A DNA stretch of 64,000 nt from an uncultured Eubacteriales bacterium (GTDB taxonomy: Bacteria > Actinomycetota > Coriobacteriia > Anaerosomatales > PHET01), in the NCBI GenBank assembly GCA_964607705.1, contig CAZSLI010000001.1:56193-120192 (forward strand), in the 5' to 3' direction. The position numbers and the translations under genes are program-made. Below the pieces are notes generated by a model. It was not told where the DNA came from, searched no databases, and saw only the letters and a program-made list of their open reading frames with translations. Of this stretch, positions 33,511-43,620 are shown piece after piece (position 1 is the first letter of the stretch; each line of letters opens with the position of its first letter).

Positions 33511-34270
33511 GCGCGGCCTCTTCCCTTCGCGGGAGCAGGCGCGCGCCGCGGTCCTGGCCGGTGAGGTCCGCGTGGGCGGCGAGGTCGTGACCAAGGCGGG
33601 CGAGCAGGTCGCCGAGGACTCCGTCATCGAGGTGGCCGAGCGCCGCCGGTTCGTCTCGAGGGGCGGCGACAAGCTGGCCGGCGCACTCGAAAAGTTCGCC
33701 GTCCCGATCGAAGGGCGTCGCGCCATCGATGTGGGGGCGAGCACTGGCGGCTTCACCGACTGTCTTCTGCAAGCGGGTGCCGTGAGCGTCGTCGCTCTCG
33801 ATGTGGGCTATGGTCAGCTCGCCTGGAGCCTGCGGAGCGACGAGCGCGTGACGGTCATCGAGCGAACCAACATCCGCAGCGTCGACCCGGTCGAGCTGGG
33901 GGCTCCATTCGACCTGGTCGTGTGCGACGTGTCGTTCATCTCCCTGCGGACGGTGCTGCCTCACCTGGCGGCGCTTCTCGGCGAGGAGGGCGACCTGCTG
34001 GCGCTGGTAAAGCCCCAGTTCGAAGTCGGCAAGGGGCGCGTGGAAAAACGAGGCGTCGTGAGAGATGCATCGGTCCACGAGGAGGTTCTCGGGGATGCGG
34101 CGCGCGCGGCGGAGGACCAGGGTCTCGTCGTGCGCGGGCTTGCGTTCTCGCCGATAACCGGTCCGGAAGGTAACATCGAATTCTGGTTGTGGGCGTCTCG
34201 CGTCGGTGACCCGACCGGGGCCACGGCCGCAGACGTCGTCCACGCCGCACACGAAGTGCTGGGAGGGTAG
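33470..34270 (+). CDS. tlyA: TlyA-family rRNA (cytidine-2'-O)-methyltransferase
   Basis: S4-like RRLDALLAERGLFPSREQARAAVLAGEVRV. SAM motif AIDVGASTGGFTDCLLQAGA. KPQFE. The start is GTG 33470 or ATG 33476, and the gene overlaps the dxs 3' end. Confidence 0.85.
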   Translation: MPMSRRRLDALLAERGLFPSREQARAAVLAGEVRVGGEVVTKAGEQVAEDSVIEVAERRRFVSRGGDKLAGALEKFAVPIEGRRAIDVGASTGGFTDCLLQAGAVSVVALDVGYGQLAWSLRSDERVTVIERTNIRSVDPVELGAPFDLVVCDVSFISLRTVLPHLAALLGEEGDLLALVKPQFEVGKGRVEKRGVVRDASVHEEVLGDAARAAEDQGLVVRGLAFSPITGPEGNIEFWLWASRVGDPTGATAADVVHAAHEVLGG

Positions 34271-34272
34271 TC

Positions 34273-35121
34273 ATGCGAGTACTGTTGGTGCCCAATGCGC
34301 TCAATCCGGCTGCCCTCGCGGCCTGCGCCGAGCTTGCGACGTGGCTGACGGGTCAGGGCCTGGAACCGGTGCTCACGCTCGCGGACGCCCAGGCTGCCGG
34401 CATGCCCTCCCACGGCGTGCCCTCCTCGGAGATCGGCGAGCCCGCGCTGGCTGTCGCGCTGGGTGGCGATGGCACGATACTGAAGGCGTTCCACACACTG
34501 CCGGAGATGGAGATCCCGCTTCTTGGCGTGAAGTTCGGCCGGCTCGGCTTCCTGTCCGGCGCGCATCCGGAGAACATGCGCGAGGCCGTGGAGGCCGCGC
34601 TCGCCGGTGATGCCGGCGTCGAGCGCCGGGCCACTCTTCGGGCCGAGGTCATCATCGCCGAGCGCCCCGCGGGGACCTACCGAGCGCTCAACGAGGTCGT
34701 CTTGTCTCGGGGCGGATCGGCCCGCGTCATCGCGTTCGATGTTGCGATCGACGGTCGGCGGCTTGCGCAACACCGCGCCGATGGCATAGTCATCGCCACG
34801 GCCACCGGATCGACAGCCTATGCGCTCTCCGCCGGAGGCCCTATCGTGGCTCCTGGGTATGGTGGCATGATCGTCATGCCCGTCGCGCCGCACACGCTTC
34901 AGTCTCGCGCCCTCGTTACGGGACCCAACGAGACGGTCGAGCTCACTCTGCCGGATCCCGCACGAAGCGAGGCATGCTTCGTGGTCGACGGGGACCTGAC
35001 TCCCTGCCGCCGTTCGATCGACCGCGTGACCATATCCAGAGGGACCCACGACTGCGTGCTCGTGAAGCTCAGCGGCCGGGACTTCTACGATACGGTCGCC
35101 GAGGAGTTCTTCGGAGGCTGA
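34273..35121 (+). CDS. nadK: NAD kinase
   Basis: GGDGTILKA, NEVVLSRG, ADGIVIATATGSTAYALSAGGPIV. Confidence 0.9.
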   Translation: MRVLLVPNALNPAALAACAELATWLTGQGLEPVLTLADAQAAGMPSHGVPSSEIGEPALAVALGGDGTILKAFHTLPEMEIPLLGVKFGRLGFLSGAHPENMREAVEAALAGDAGVERRATLRAEVIIAERPAGTYRALNEVVLSRGGSARVIAFDVAIDGRRLAQHRADGIVIATATGSTAYALSAGGPIVAPGYGGMIVMPVAPHTLQSRALVTGPNETVELTLPDPARSEACFVVDGDLTPCRRSIDRVTISRGTHDCVLVKLSGRDFYDTVAEEFFGG

Positions 35122-35124
35122 CGA

Positions 35125-36747
35125 GTGCTCGAAGAACTTCACGTCCGCGACCTGGCGCTCATAGAGGATGTCTGGCTCGAGTTCGGGCCGGGCATGACCG
35201 TCCTCACCGGCGAGACCGGGGCGGGGAAGACAGCCCTGCTTGGCGCCCTGAAGCTCCTGCTGGGCGACCGGGCCGACTCGGCCTCTGTGCGAGCCGGGGC
35301 CCCGGAGACGCTCGTCGAGGGTCGCTTCAGCGATGCGGGCTCCGAGCTGGTGGTCAAGCGGCGCGTGACTGCGGACGGACGCAGCAAGTGTGTACTCGGG
35401 GATGAGATGTCGACCGTCGGCGGCCTGGCCGAACGCGTGGGCCCGCTTGTGGACCTGCACGGTCAGCACGAACATCAGGCATTGCTCACACCTGCCACCC
35501 ACGCCGGCTACCTCGACCGATGGGCGGGGGAGACCGCGCTGGCTGCTCTGGCGGACTACCGCGCCGACCTGGCCGCGTACCGCGATGCCTTGGACGCTTT
35601 GTCCGCGCTCGAGTCCCGCATCGCCCAAGCCGCCGAGAACGCCGATTACCTCCGCTTCATCGCCGAGGACATCGACGCAGTCGCGCCCGAGTTGGGCGAA
35701 GACGACGCTCTCGAGGCTCGGCTGCCCGCGCTCAGGCATGCCGAGCGGCTCACCGAAGCGTCGGCGTTGGCGGCGTCCGCCTTGCGGGGTGATGGCGGTG
35801 CGCTCGACCGCGTGGCTGCCGCCGCGGCCGCCCTCGGCAAGGTCGCCGGGATCGACCCGGCGCTCGACGATATCGCGGCACGGCTCGCCGAGGCAGAGGC
35901 GCTCGTTGACGACATCGGCTCAGCCTCGCGCTCGTACCGCGACACTGTCGAACACGACCCGCGGGTTCTCGACGAGGTTCTCGGCAGGCTCTCTGCGCTG
36001 AGCGGCCTCAAGAAGAAGTACGGCCCCACGCTCGAAGATGTGGTCGCTCGCAGGGAGAGCGCTCGGCAGGCGCTGCTGGTCGCCGAGGACGCGTCCGCAG
36101 AGCGGCTCGCGGCCCAGCAGCGTGTCACCACTGCGTCCGATGCCTTGCGCGCGTCGAGCGAGCGGCTCGCTGCGGAGCGCACCAAGGCCGCTCCGGGATT
36201 CGCGGACGCGGTAGGTGGCACCGCGTCCGAGCTTGCGATGGAGGGCTCGCGTCTCGAGATCGGCTTCGAAGAGCTGCCATTCGATTCGTGGACCGCCGAG
36301 GGGCCCCACCGGGTGGAGTTCCTGTATTCGCCTGCGCCGGGCCAGCCGGCACGTCCCTTGGCGCGTATCGCCTCGGGGGGCGAGATCTCCCGGGTGATGC
36401 TCGCGCTCAAGAGTGTTCTCGGCTCGGCCGACCGCGTGAAGACGCTCGTCTTCGACGAGGTCGACGCCGGCGTGGGTGGCTCCACCGCCCAGTCTGTCGG
36501 GCGGCTGCTTGCCCGCCTCGCTGCCACACACCAGGTGATCGTCGTGACGCACCTGGCGCAAGTGGCTGCGTACGCCGACGCGCAGCTGGTCGTCCGCAAG
36601 GACGTCAGAAGCGACGGCGCATTCACGTCGGTGGTCACCGTTGCGGGCGAGGAGCGTGTCGCGGAGATCGCGCGGATGCTCTCCGGCAACGACTCGGATG
36701 CGTCGCGGGCGCACGCACGCGAGCTGTTGGAGTCCTCGGCGGTTTAG
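35125..36747 (+). CDS. recN: DNA repair protein RecN
   Basis: LEELHVRDLALIEDVWLEFGPGMTVLTGETGAGKTAL. C-terminal ASGGEISRVMLALK and LVFDEVDAGVGG. Confidence 0.9.
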   Translation: MLEELHVRDLALIEDVWLEFGPGMTVLTGETGAGKTALLGALKLLLGDRADSASVRAGAPETLVEGRFSDAGSELVVKRRVTADGRSKCVLGDEMSTVGGLAERVGPLVDLHGQHEHQALLTPATHAGYLDRWAGETALAALADYRADLAAYRDALDALSALESRIAQAAENADYLRFIAEDIDAVAPELGEDDALEARLPALRHAERLTEASALAASALRGDGGALDRVAAAAAALGKVAGIDPALDDIAARLAEAEALVDDIGSASRSYRDTVEHDPRVLDEVLGRLSALSGLKKKYGPTLEDVVARRESARQALLVAEDASAERLAAQQRVTTASDALRASSERLAAERTKAAPGFADAVGGTASELAMEGSRLEIGFEELPFDSWTAEGPHRVEFLYSPAPGQPARPLARIASGGEISRVMLALKSVLGSADRVKTLVFDEVDAGVGGSTAQSVGRLLARLAATHQVIVVTHLAQVAAYADAQLVVRKDVRSDGAFTSVVTVAGEERVAEIARMLSGNDSDASRAHARELLESSAV

Positions 36748-36849
36748 TACACGGGCGGGTGACGGGGCGTCCGTGGCGAAGAGCGGGCGTGATAGCATAC
36801 CCGAGGACCTTTCGGTCCCATCCCCGCACCCAAGAAGACTCGGACCCGG

Positions 36850-37977
36850 ATGCGCCATCAGGGCATAGCACGACTGGACAAGCGTACGAAGGACCTGGTC
36901 AAGAGGCTGGGCTCTGACGACGTGGCCGTGATCGACCACGTCGACATGGATCGGGTGAGCGCCGAGGGATTGATCGCCACCGGGGTCGAGGTCGTCGTCA
37001 ACGCGTCCGCATCCATCTCGGGCACGTACCCGAACGTTGGGCCGTTGTTGCTCACGCGCGCCGGCGTCACGCTCATCGACGACGTGGGGCCCGAGATATT
37101 CTCGGTCCTGCGCGAGGGCGACGCCGTCGAGGTCATCGGCGACGAAGTGTTGCGCGACGGTGAAGTCTGCGCGCGCGGCACGCGCCTGTCGGTGACCACG
37201 GTCGAGGCGAAGATGGAGGCCGCGAAGGCCGGTCTCGGCGAGCAGCTCGACAAGTTCGCCCGCAATACCATCGAATATCTGGAACGCGAGCGCAGCATCC
37301 TCGTCGACGAGACCTGGGTACCGCAGCTCAAGACTGAGATCTACGGTCGCCACGTGCTCGTGGTCGTGCGAGGCTACGACTTCAAGGAAGACCTCACTGC
37401 GCTGCGACCCTACATCCGAGAGATGCGGCCGGTGCTCGTGGGGGTCGATGGCGGTGCCGACGCCATCATGGAGACGGGCTTCAAGCCCGACATTATCGTC
37501 GGTGACATGGATTCGGTGACTGACGCGGCGCTCGCTTCCGGTGCTGAGCTCCTGGTCCATGCCTATGCAGACGGTCGCGCGCCGGGCATGGAGCGTATCG
37601 AGCAGCTCGGTCTCGCCGACCGGGCTCAGGTGTGGCCGCTCACCGCGACGAGTGAAGACCTGGCACTCCTGCTGGCTTGGGAGTCCGGCTGCGACCTGAT
37701 CGTCGCGGTGGGAACTCACGCCAATCTTGTCGAGTACCTCGACAAGGGCCGCAAGGGCATGGCCTCGTCGTTTCTGGTCAGGCTCAAGGTGGGGCCGAAG
37801 CTCGTCGACGCCAAGGGCGTTAACAAGCTCTATCGGACATCGGTCGGGCCCGAGCACCTGCTTCTCATCGCCACAGCCGCACTTACTGTCGTGACCGCCA
37901 TGATCCTGATCTCCCCCGCAGCTCGCGGTTTCGTCGAGCTCGTCATCCTGCGCGTCCGCGCCTGGCTCGGCTTCTAG
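36850..37977 (+). CDS. steA: putative cytokinetic ring protein SteA
   Basis: GIARLDKRTKDLVKRLGSDDVAVIDHVDMDRVSAEGLIATGVEVVVNASASISGTYPNVGP. Position is after recN, as in other Actinobacteria. Confidence 0.75.
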   Translation: MRHQGIARLDKRTKDLVKRLGSDDVAVIDHVDMDRVSAEGLIATGVEVVVNASASISGTYPNVGPLLLTRAGVTLIDDVGPEIFSVLREGDAVEVIGDEVLRDGEVCARGTRLSVTTVEAKMEAAKAGLGEQLDKFARNTIEYLERERSILVDETWVPQLKTEIYGRHVLVVVRGYDFKEDLTALRPYIREMRPVLVGVDGGADAIMETGFKPDIIVGDMDSVTDAALASGAELLVHAYADGRAPGMERIEQLGLADRAQVWPLTATSEDLALLLAWESGCDLIVAVGTHANLVEYLDKGRKGMASSFLVRLKVGPKLVDAKGVNKLYRTSVGPEHLLLIATAALTVVTAMILISPAARGFVELVILRVRAWLGF

Positions 37978-37994
37978 CCTCCCGAGGAGAGCTC

Positions 37995-38834
37995 ATGTAC
38001 AACCTGCGCTACCACATCGCGTCGCTCGTATCGGTCTTCTTGGCCCTCGCACTCGGCCTCGTGCTGGGCGGTCTTGTCGTTCAGCGGGGCACGTTCGACC
38101 AGCAGCAGGTCGCTCTCGTGAAGGGACTCCAGAAGGAGTTCAAGGACCTGCGCACCGAGAACGAGGCCCTCTCGACCGAGAACAAGTCACTTAACGGCTT
38201 GTCGGGTGATCTCGTGAACACCTGGGCTGCAGGACGGCTCACAGCACAGACGGTGGTCGCGATCGTCAACGGCGGTCGTGAGGACGGGCTCAGCGAGGTG
38301 CGCAAGGACGTCGAAGCGGCCGGAGGCACCGTCGCCGTCGTTACGCTGCTCAAGCCGGGATTCGCTCTTGACGATAGCGAACTGGGCTCAGCGGTCGCGT
38401 CGCTCGCGCCTAATGGTGACGATGCGGTCGCAAGTCTTGCGGCCGCTCTTGCCGCCGAGTGGAAGACCAAGGGCCCACGTCCCCTCACCGACGCGCTCGT
38501 CACTTCGGGCGTCTTGCGGGTGGACGGTCTCGATGCCGACACGGCTGCCTCTCGCGCGGTCGACATCGCAGCGCCGGATGGCAAGGCGGACCCCGCCGGT
38601 ATCGCGCTCGCGAAGGCCTTCGACAGCCCCACGACCACGGCGATCGTTGCCGAGAACCCCGGCCAGAAGACGGGCATGGTGGCGGCCGCCCGTGACGCCG
38701 GACTCTCGTCGCTAGACACTCTGGGAACGACCACAGGGCGCTACACGCTGGTCGCACTGCTCAGTGGCGCGAACCCTGGCAACTACGGCACGACTGCTGG
38801 CACGGACGCGCTCTATCCGCCCTTGCCGCAATAG
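37995..38834 (+). CDS. steB: SteB / MctB-like (copper transporter family) membrane protein
   Basis: The N-terminus MYNLRYHIASLVSVFLALALGLVLGG is typical of the family. A coiled-coil segment follows, and the gene lies directly after steA. Confidence 0.65.
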   Translation: MYNLRYHIASLVSVFLALALGLVLGGLVVQRGTFDQQQVALVKGLQKEFKDLRTENEALSTENKSLNGLSGDLVNTWAAGRLTAQTVVAIVNGGREDGLSEVRKDVEAAGGTVAVVTLLKPGFALDDSELGSAVASLAPNGDDAVASLAAALAAEWKTKGPRPLTDALVTSGVLRVDGLDADTAASRAVDIAAPDGKADPAGIALAKAFDSPTTTAIVAENPGQKTGMVAAARDAGLSSLDTLGTTTGRYTLVALLSGANPGNYGTTAGTDALYPPLPQ

Positions 38835-38844
38835 CCGCATCTGA

Positions 38845-39543
38845 CTAGACCCGGGGGCGGCGTCCCTCGAACGTAAGCTTCGTGAGCGCGATCGCGACGT
38901 GCACGAACTGGCGTCCCCGGTGGATGAAGCCGTGGACGTCACGCCCCGTAGCGGCGTGCGTCATCTCGGTGGGGACCTCCACGACCCGCATGCCTGCGCG
39001 CAGGGCGCGCACGGTCAGCGCGACCTCGACGCCGTAGCCCGACGCGAACGGACGTACGGCCTGCAGGCACTCGGCGGTCAGAGCCCGCTGCCCCGACAGG
39101 GGAGCGTCGGCGAGGAAGCCGTTGCCCATGCGGGCGATCCCTCGGCGCGCGAGACCCTTGACGAACCCGAAGCCGGCCTTGCCCGCGGGACGCGGGAACT
39201 TCGCGATGCTCATGTCCGCTTCGCCCGCGATGATCGGCGCCAGCAGGGACACGGCCTGCGAAGCGGTGTCGCCCAAGTCGCCGTCGAGCAGCAGGACTAT
39301 GTCGGCGTCCTCGGCGCGCTTCGCGCCCGTCTCGAGAGCTGCGCCCTTGCCCACGTTGAAGCGCAGTCCTATGACCTTGGCACCGGCGGCCTCGGCACGC
39401 GCGGTGGTCTGGTCTCCCGATGCATCGTCCACGACGACCACACGCACGACGCCCGGGATGCCGGCGACCGCACGCACGGTGTCGGAGATGCGCTCCTCCT
39501 CGTTGTACGCGGGAATCACGGCCACGATGCGCGGGTCGTTCAC
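38845..39543 (-). CDS. family 2 glycosyltransferase (polyprenyl-phosphate sugar synthase-like)
   Basis: IVAVIPAYNEEERISDTV...VVVVDDASGDQT and LLLDGDL (DxD). The GTG at 39543 follows GGAGGA and overlaps the murJ stop (GTGA). The longer ORF to 39648 was rejected. Confidence 0.8.
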   Translation of the reverse strand: MNDPRIVAVIPAYNEEERISDTVRAVAGIPGVVRVVVVDDASGDQTTARAEAAGAKVIGLRFNVGKGAALETGAKRAEDADIVLLLDGDLGDTASQAVSLLAPIIAGEADMSIAKFPRPAGKAGFGFVKGLARRGIARMGNGFLADAPLSGQRALTAECLQAVRPFASGYGVEVALTVRALRAGMRVVEVPTEMTHAATGRDVHGFIHRGRQFVHVAIALTKLTFEGRRPRV

Positions 39544-41159
39544 GAACGTCCTCCAATCCGGCCTATCAGTCGGCGGCCGAGTTTGCTGACCGAGCGCACC
39601 TCGGCGACGTGCATGACGTTCCCGAGCCCGAATGCGATGACGAAACACGCGACGCCGCCAACTGCGACTTGGAGAAGCGCGCTCGCCACGCCCGACAGGA
39701 GTGGCTCGACGAACCCGGCGGCGTAGTACGCGGCCACGCCACCGACGAGGGAGGCGGCGATCATCTTGCCGTACACGCCGAGAACGCCCTTCAGGTCGTA
39801 GCCGCCGATGCGACGCCGCAGCACCACGGCGAGCGTGGCAAGAAGAAGCACGTAGAACACGGTGTCGGCGACCGGAATCCCGTTCAGGCCCAGGCCGGCC
39901 CAGTCACCGAAGCCGGTGGAAAGGGTCCAGTACAAGCCGACCTGCACGATGGTGAGGACTACGTTCGCCATCGCGGGGGTCTTCGTGTCTTTCAGCGAGT
40001 AGAAGGTCCGCAGCACGAACATCATGCTCGCGTAAAAGACGAGCGCGATCGCCCACAGGCGCAGGGCGCTCGCTACCGGGGCGACGGATGCCTCCTCGAA
40101 GGCGCCGACCCGGTAGAGCGAGACGAGCGGCACCGACAATGCGAACAGCGCCGCTGCCGAGGGGATGATGAGTACCGCCGTCGTGCGAAGGCCCGCCCCG
40201 AAATTGTTCTTGAACGCCGCCATGTCACGCCGGCCCGCCGACTCCGACAACTCGGTAAAGATGGCTGTGGCAAGCGCCACCGCGAGCACTCCGTACGGAA
40301 GCTGGTAGAAGTTCCATGCGTACCACAGGATCGACGGTCCGTTCTCGGCGACTGCGAAGGCCGAAGCGTTGCGGAACGATACCGCGATCAGGTTGGTCAC
40401 CACGTAGATCACGGTGGGGATCGCAAGGACGAGCATGTGCCGAACGTCGGGATCGCCGAGCCCAAGCTCGGCGTGGTACCTGACGCCGCGGCGTTTGAGG
40501 TCCGGGAACATGACCGCGAACATGGCGACCACCCCGAGCGTGGTGCCCAAGGCGAGCACGACAAGGCCCTGCGTCGTGTCTGCGCCGATGCGGGCCACCG
40601 TCAGCAGCGTCACGATGACCACGACGTTGTTGAAGACAGGGCCCAGCGCGGTCCACAGGTAGCTTCGCTCGGCGTTCAGCAGCCCCTGCATCACCATGCC
40701 GCCGCCATAGACGACCACCTGGATGGCGAAGAAGCGGAAGAAGAAGCTCGCCATCTCGCGCACCGGTGCGGCCGACTCGGAGGGAAGCCGGAAGGTCTGG
40801 GTCCAGATGAACGGTTGCGGCAGCAGGATGCCGATGATCGCGACGACGCCAAGGGCGAGCACGGCGACGTTGAACACGTGATTGGCGAAGCGCCACGCCT
40901 CCTGTTCGTTGCGTCGCGCCTTGATCTCCAAGAATGTAGGGATGAACAGCGACGACAGGATGCCGCCGGCAACAAGCTCGAAGATCATGTTGGGGATGTT
41001 GTTCGCCACGCTGTACGCCGCCGCGAGCGTCGTCGCACCGAGCGCGTACGCGGTAGCCCAGGTACGCACGAACCCGGTCACCCGCGACAGAGAGGTCGCA
41101 AGCGACATGGTCGCGGTCGAGCGGGCGATGGAAGGCCTGCTGATGGTGGTTCCTCTCAC
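39540..41159 (-). CDS. murJ: lipid II flippase MurJ
   Basis: SLATSLSRVTGFVRTWATAYALGATTLAAAYSVANNIPNMIFELVAGGILSSLFIPTF. About 14 TM helices. The start is uncertain (GTG 41159 or ATG 41108). Confidence 0.85.
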   Translation of the reverse strand: MRGTTISRPSIARSTATMSLATSLSRVTGFVRTWATAYALGATTLAAAYSVANNIPNMIFELVAGGILSSLFIPTFLEIKARRNEQEAWRFANHVFNVAVLALGVVAIIGILLPQPFIWTQTFRLPSESAAPVREMASFFFRFFAIQVVVYGGGMVMQGLLNAERSYLWTALGPVFNNVVVIVTLLTVARIGADTTQGLVVLALGTTLGVVAMFAVMFPDLKRRGVRYHAELGLGDPDVRHMLVLAIPTVIYVVTNLIAVSFRNASAFAVAENGPSILWYAWNFYQLPYGVLAVALATAIFTELSESAGRRDMAAFKNNFGAGLRTTAVLIIPSAAALFALSVPLVSLYRVGAFEEASVAPVASALRLWAIALVFYASMMFVLRTFYSLKDTKTPAMANVVLTIVQVGLYWTLSTGFGDWAGLGLNGIPVADTVFYVLLLATLAVVLRRRIGGYDLKGVLGVYGKMIAASLVGGVAAYYAAGFVEPLLSGVASALLQVAVGGVACFVIAFGLGNVMHVAEVRSVSKLGRRLIGRIGGRS

Positions 41160-41225
41160 AAATGGGAAGGCACGCTCGCGTGCGGGGCTAGTGTAACCGA
41201 GGTGGCGGCGCCTTCTGTTCGAGAG

Positions 41226-41278
41226 CGTGACGGCGTCACCCTCTCGTCACCGCCGATGGCCCCGGCATCCGCTATCAT
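41226..41278 (+). promoter_or_regulatory. palindrome GTGAC-GGC-GTCAC and -10-like TATCAT abutting the start codon (possible leaderless mRNA)
   Basis: The inverted repeat is at 41226-41238. TATCAT at 41273-41278 ends 8 nt before ATG 41287. Confidence 0.3.
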
Positions 41279-41286
41279 GGGTGCGG

Positions 41287-43620
41287 ATGAGAAGGGCCAC
41301 CCTGATAACCATGCTCGTCGCCGCCTGTGCCGCGGCGTGGCTCGGCCTCCCTCGCAGCGCTGCCGCCAAGGCAGCAACGGACAAGACGTGCATCATCGTC
41401 CTCGCGCCCTATCTCACGTGGGCCGACATCACTCCCACCGCTACGCCCACACTGTGGCGGCTCGCGCAGACGGGTGCCACCGGCAACGTCAACGCTCGCA
41501 GCCGCTCGCGCGACAAGGCGGACGCAGCATCGCCGCTCGAAGGGGCGCTCGGCATCTCAGCGGGATCGTGGGCTGTGAGCGTGCCGACCGCGGCGGGCGC
41601 CTACAGCGTTACTGAGCGCTACGAAGTGGGCACGGCTGCCGAGGCCTACCGTCGCGCAACCGGCAACCAGGTGGGGGACAGCGCTATCGTCTTCCTCGGC
41701 ATGCCCCTCACGGCCAGAGTGAACGCCGAGAAGGCGTTCGAGATCCAGCTTGGGATCCTCGGCGAGTCCGTAGAGGACGCTGGCGGCACGACGGCAGCGG
41801 TGGGGAACTCGGATGTCGGCTACGTCACCGGCGAACAGCGCTACGTGCGTCCCGCTGCACTTGCCGCGATGAACGCCGAGGGACTCGTGCGGTTCGGCGA
41901 CGTCTCCCGCAGGCTGCTCACGCAAGACGCGAACGCGCCCTTCGGCATCGCCACTGACAAGGCGGCCGTCGCCAAGGCGCTCAAAGCAGCGAATCATGAC
42001 ATGGCGGCCGCGGGAGGCCCGCGTCTGGTCGTGGTGGATGCCGGTGACGTCTACCGTGCGGTCAAGTTCTCCGAGCAGGTGACAGCGGAGATCGCGGTGA
42101 AGCAGCGTGAGCGGGGCATGAGCACGCTCGATGCCGCGGTCGCTGCCGCCGAGAACACGTTCGGCCGTAGCGCCACGCTGATGGTCGTCGGCCAGTCAAC
42201 CGGCGATCCGGCTCTCGGCCAAGCCGAGGGAATCGCTCCGCTCATCGTTTCAGGCGACGGTTGGGGAGCGGGTCAACTCACCTCCGACTCCACTCACCGC
42301 ATCGGGCTCGTCACTAACCCGGATATCACCGCCTCGGCACTCGAGGCGCTCGGCATCCCGCAGCCGGTGTCTGTCATCGGCGACCCGGTCCATGAGCGCT
42401 CGGCGGGCGATCTTGCTTCGCGCATCGCACTGCTATCGCGCATGGATGCGACCGCGGTCTCCGTCGACCAGGCGAAACCAGGACTCGTCAATACGTTCGT
42501 CGCGCTCACCATCGTGGCGCTACTCATGGCTGCGTTCATCCTTGTGCGCGCGCGTGAGTGGTCACTGCGCGTACTCGGCCGAGGAGTGGCAGTCGTCAAG
42601 GCTCTGCTGCTGTTGGTGCTCGCGCTGCCTATGTGTGGTTGGCTGATGTTCGGGTTCAACCGCTGGCCCGTGACGTCCGGGCAGGCGATAACCGCCTACG
42701 TCGTCACGGTTGCCATCGTGTGGGCCATCGGAATCCTCCTGTGGTGGAAGACCGGTGCACGGGTGCCTGTGGCCGTGCTATCGCTCGCCACAGCGGCCAC
42801 CATCATCGTCGACCAGTGGCTCGGTGCTCCCGCATCGTTCACGAACTTCTACGGCTACTCGCCGCTTCTCGCGGCCCGCTTCTATGGGATGGGCAACGAA
42901 GCGGCGGCGATCTTGTTCGGATCGTCGATCGTCGGGCTCGCGCTGCTGGTGGACGAGTGGCCGGAGCATCGCTTCACGGTATACGTCCGCCGTTTCGGCC
43001 TGCCACTCGTCGGCCTCATAGCGATCATGACCGCGGCTGCACCTTTCTGGGGAGCCAACGTCGGCGTCGCGATCTGGGGTGTGGTTGGATACGGTCTCGC
43101 CTGGGTCCTCATGAACGGGCACCACGTGTCTTGGCGGATCGTCTTCTGGCTCTTCCTGGGGGTCGTGGTCATCATTGCGGCGTTCGCCGCTATCGACCTT
43201 TTCGGCGGTGGCCCGCAGACCCACTTGGGACGCGCCCTGACGTCTGCGCAGAGCGGCGGGCTCGTCGAGCTGTGGAACATCATCGTCCGTAAGGCCGAGA
43301 CCAACGCCAGGGTGCTCACGCGGACCAACTGGGCCTACATCCTGCTCGCGGTCCTGGCCTTCCTCGGCCTGATGCGCTGGCGACCGCAGGGCGGCTTTGC
43401 CGACACCCTCATCGAGAATCCGAACTTCGCCGACGCGATCACCGTCTCGCTCGTCGCCGGGCTCGTCGCGTACTTCACTGAGGACTCGGGAATCGTGATC
43501 CCTGCGCTCGAGGTCTTCTACGTGGGAATCGGCCTGTCATGGGTCATGCTGTCCCACGCGCTCCAACAGCGCCGGCGTGCTGAGGCGACGGCCGCCGAGG
43601 ACCGGGCGAGCGAGCGATGA
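41287..43620 (+). CDS. hypothetical large membrane protein (secreted N-domain + ~10 TM helices)
   Basis: Signal-like MRRATLITMLVAACAAAWLGLPRSAAA, then a ~400-aa extracytoplasmic domain, then a polytopic C-half. No catalytic motif was recognised. Confidence 0.6.
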   Translation: MRRATLITMLVAACAAAWLGLPRSAAAKAATDKTCIIVLAPYLTWADITPTATPTLWRLAQTGATGNVNARSRSRDKADAASPLEGALGISAGSWAVSVPTAAGAYSVTERYEVGTAAEAYRRATGNQVGDSAIVFLGMPLTARVNAEKAFEIQLGILGESVEDAGGTTAAVGNSDVGYVTGEQRYVRPAALAAMNAEGLVRFGDVSRRLLTQDANAPFGIATDKAAVAKALKAANHDMAAAGGPRLVVVDAGDVYRAVKFSEQVTAEIAVKQRERGMSTLDAAVAAAENTFGRSATLMVVGQSTGDPALGQAEGIAPLIVSGDGWGAGQLTSDSTHRIGLVTNPDITASALEALGIPQPVSVIGDPVHERSAGDLASRIALLSRMDATAVSVDQAKPGLVNTFVALTIVALLMAAFILVRAREWSLRVLGRGVAVVKALLLLVLALPMCGWLMFGFNRWPVTSGQAITAYVVTVAIVWAIGILLWWKTGARVPVAVLSLATAATIIVDQWLGAPASFTNFYGYSPLLAARFYGMGNEAAAILFGSSIVGLALLVDEWPEHRFTVYVRRFGLPLVGLIAIMTAAAPFWGANVGVAIWGVVGYGLAWVLMNGHHVSWRIVFWLFLGVVVIIAAFAAIDLFGGGPQTHLGRALTSAQSGGLVELWNIIVRKAETNARVLTRTNWAYILLAVLAFLGLMRWRPQGGFADTLIENPNFADAITVSLVAGLVAYFTEDSGIVIPALEVFYVGIGLSWVMLSHALQQRRRAEATAAEDRASER

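Noticed and set aside
31927-37857. A chain of long minus-strand ORFs (609, 592 and 645 aa) antisense to dxs, tlyA, nadK, recN and steA.
   Set aside because: They overlap strongly supported housekeeping genes along their entire length. Their compositions are typical of antisense frames in high-GC genomes.
39420-41615. A 731-aa plus-strand ORF across the GT2/murJ region.
   Set aside because: It is antisense to MurJ, whose N-terminal motif and TM pattern are unambiguous. The plus-frame product is Arg/His/Asp/Gly-rich with no membrane or enzyme signature.
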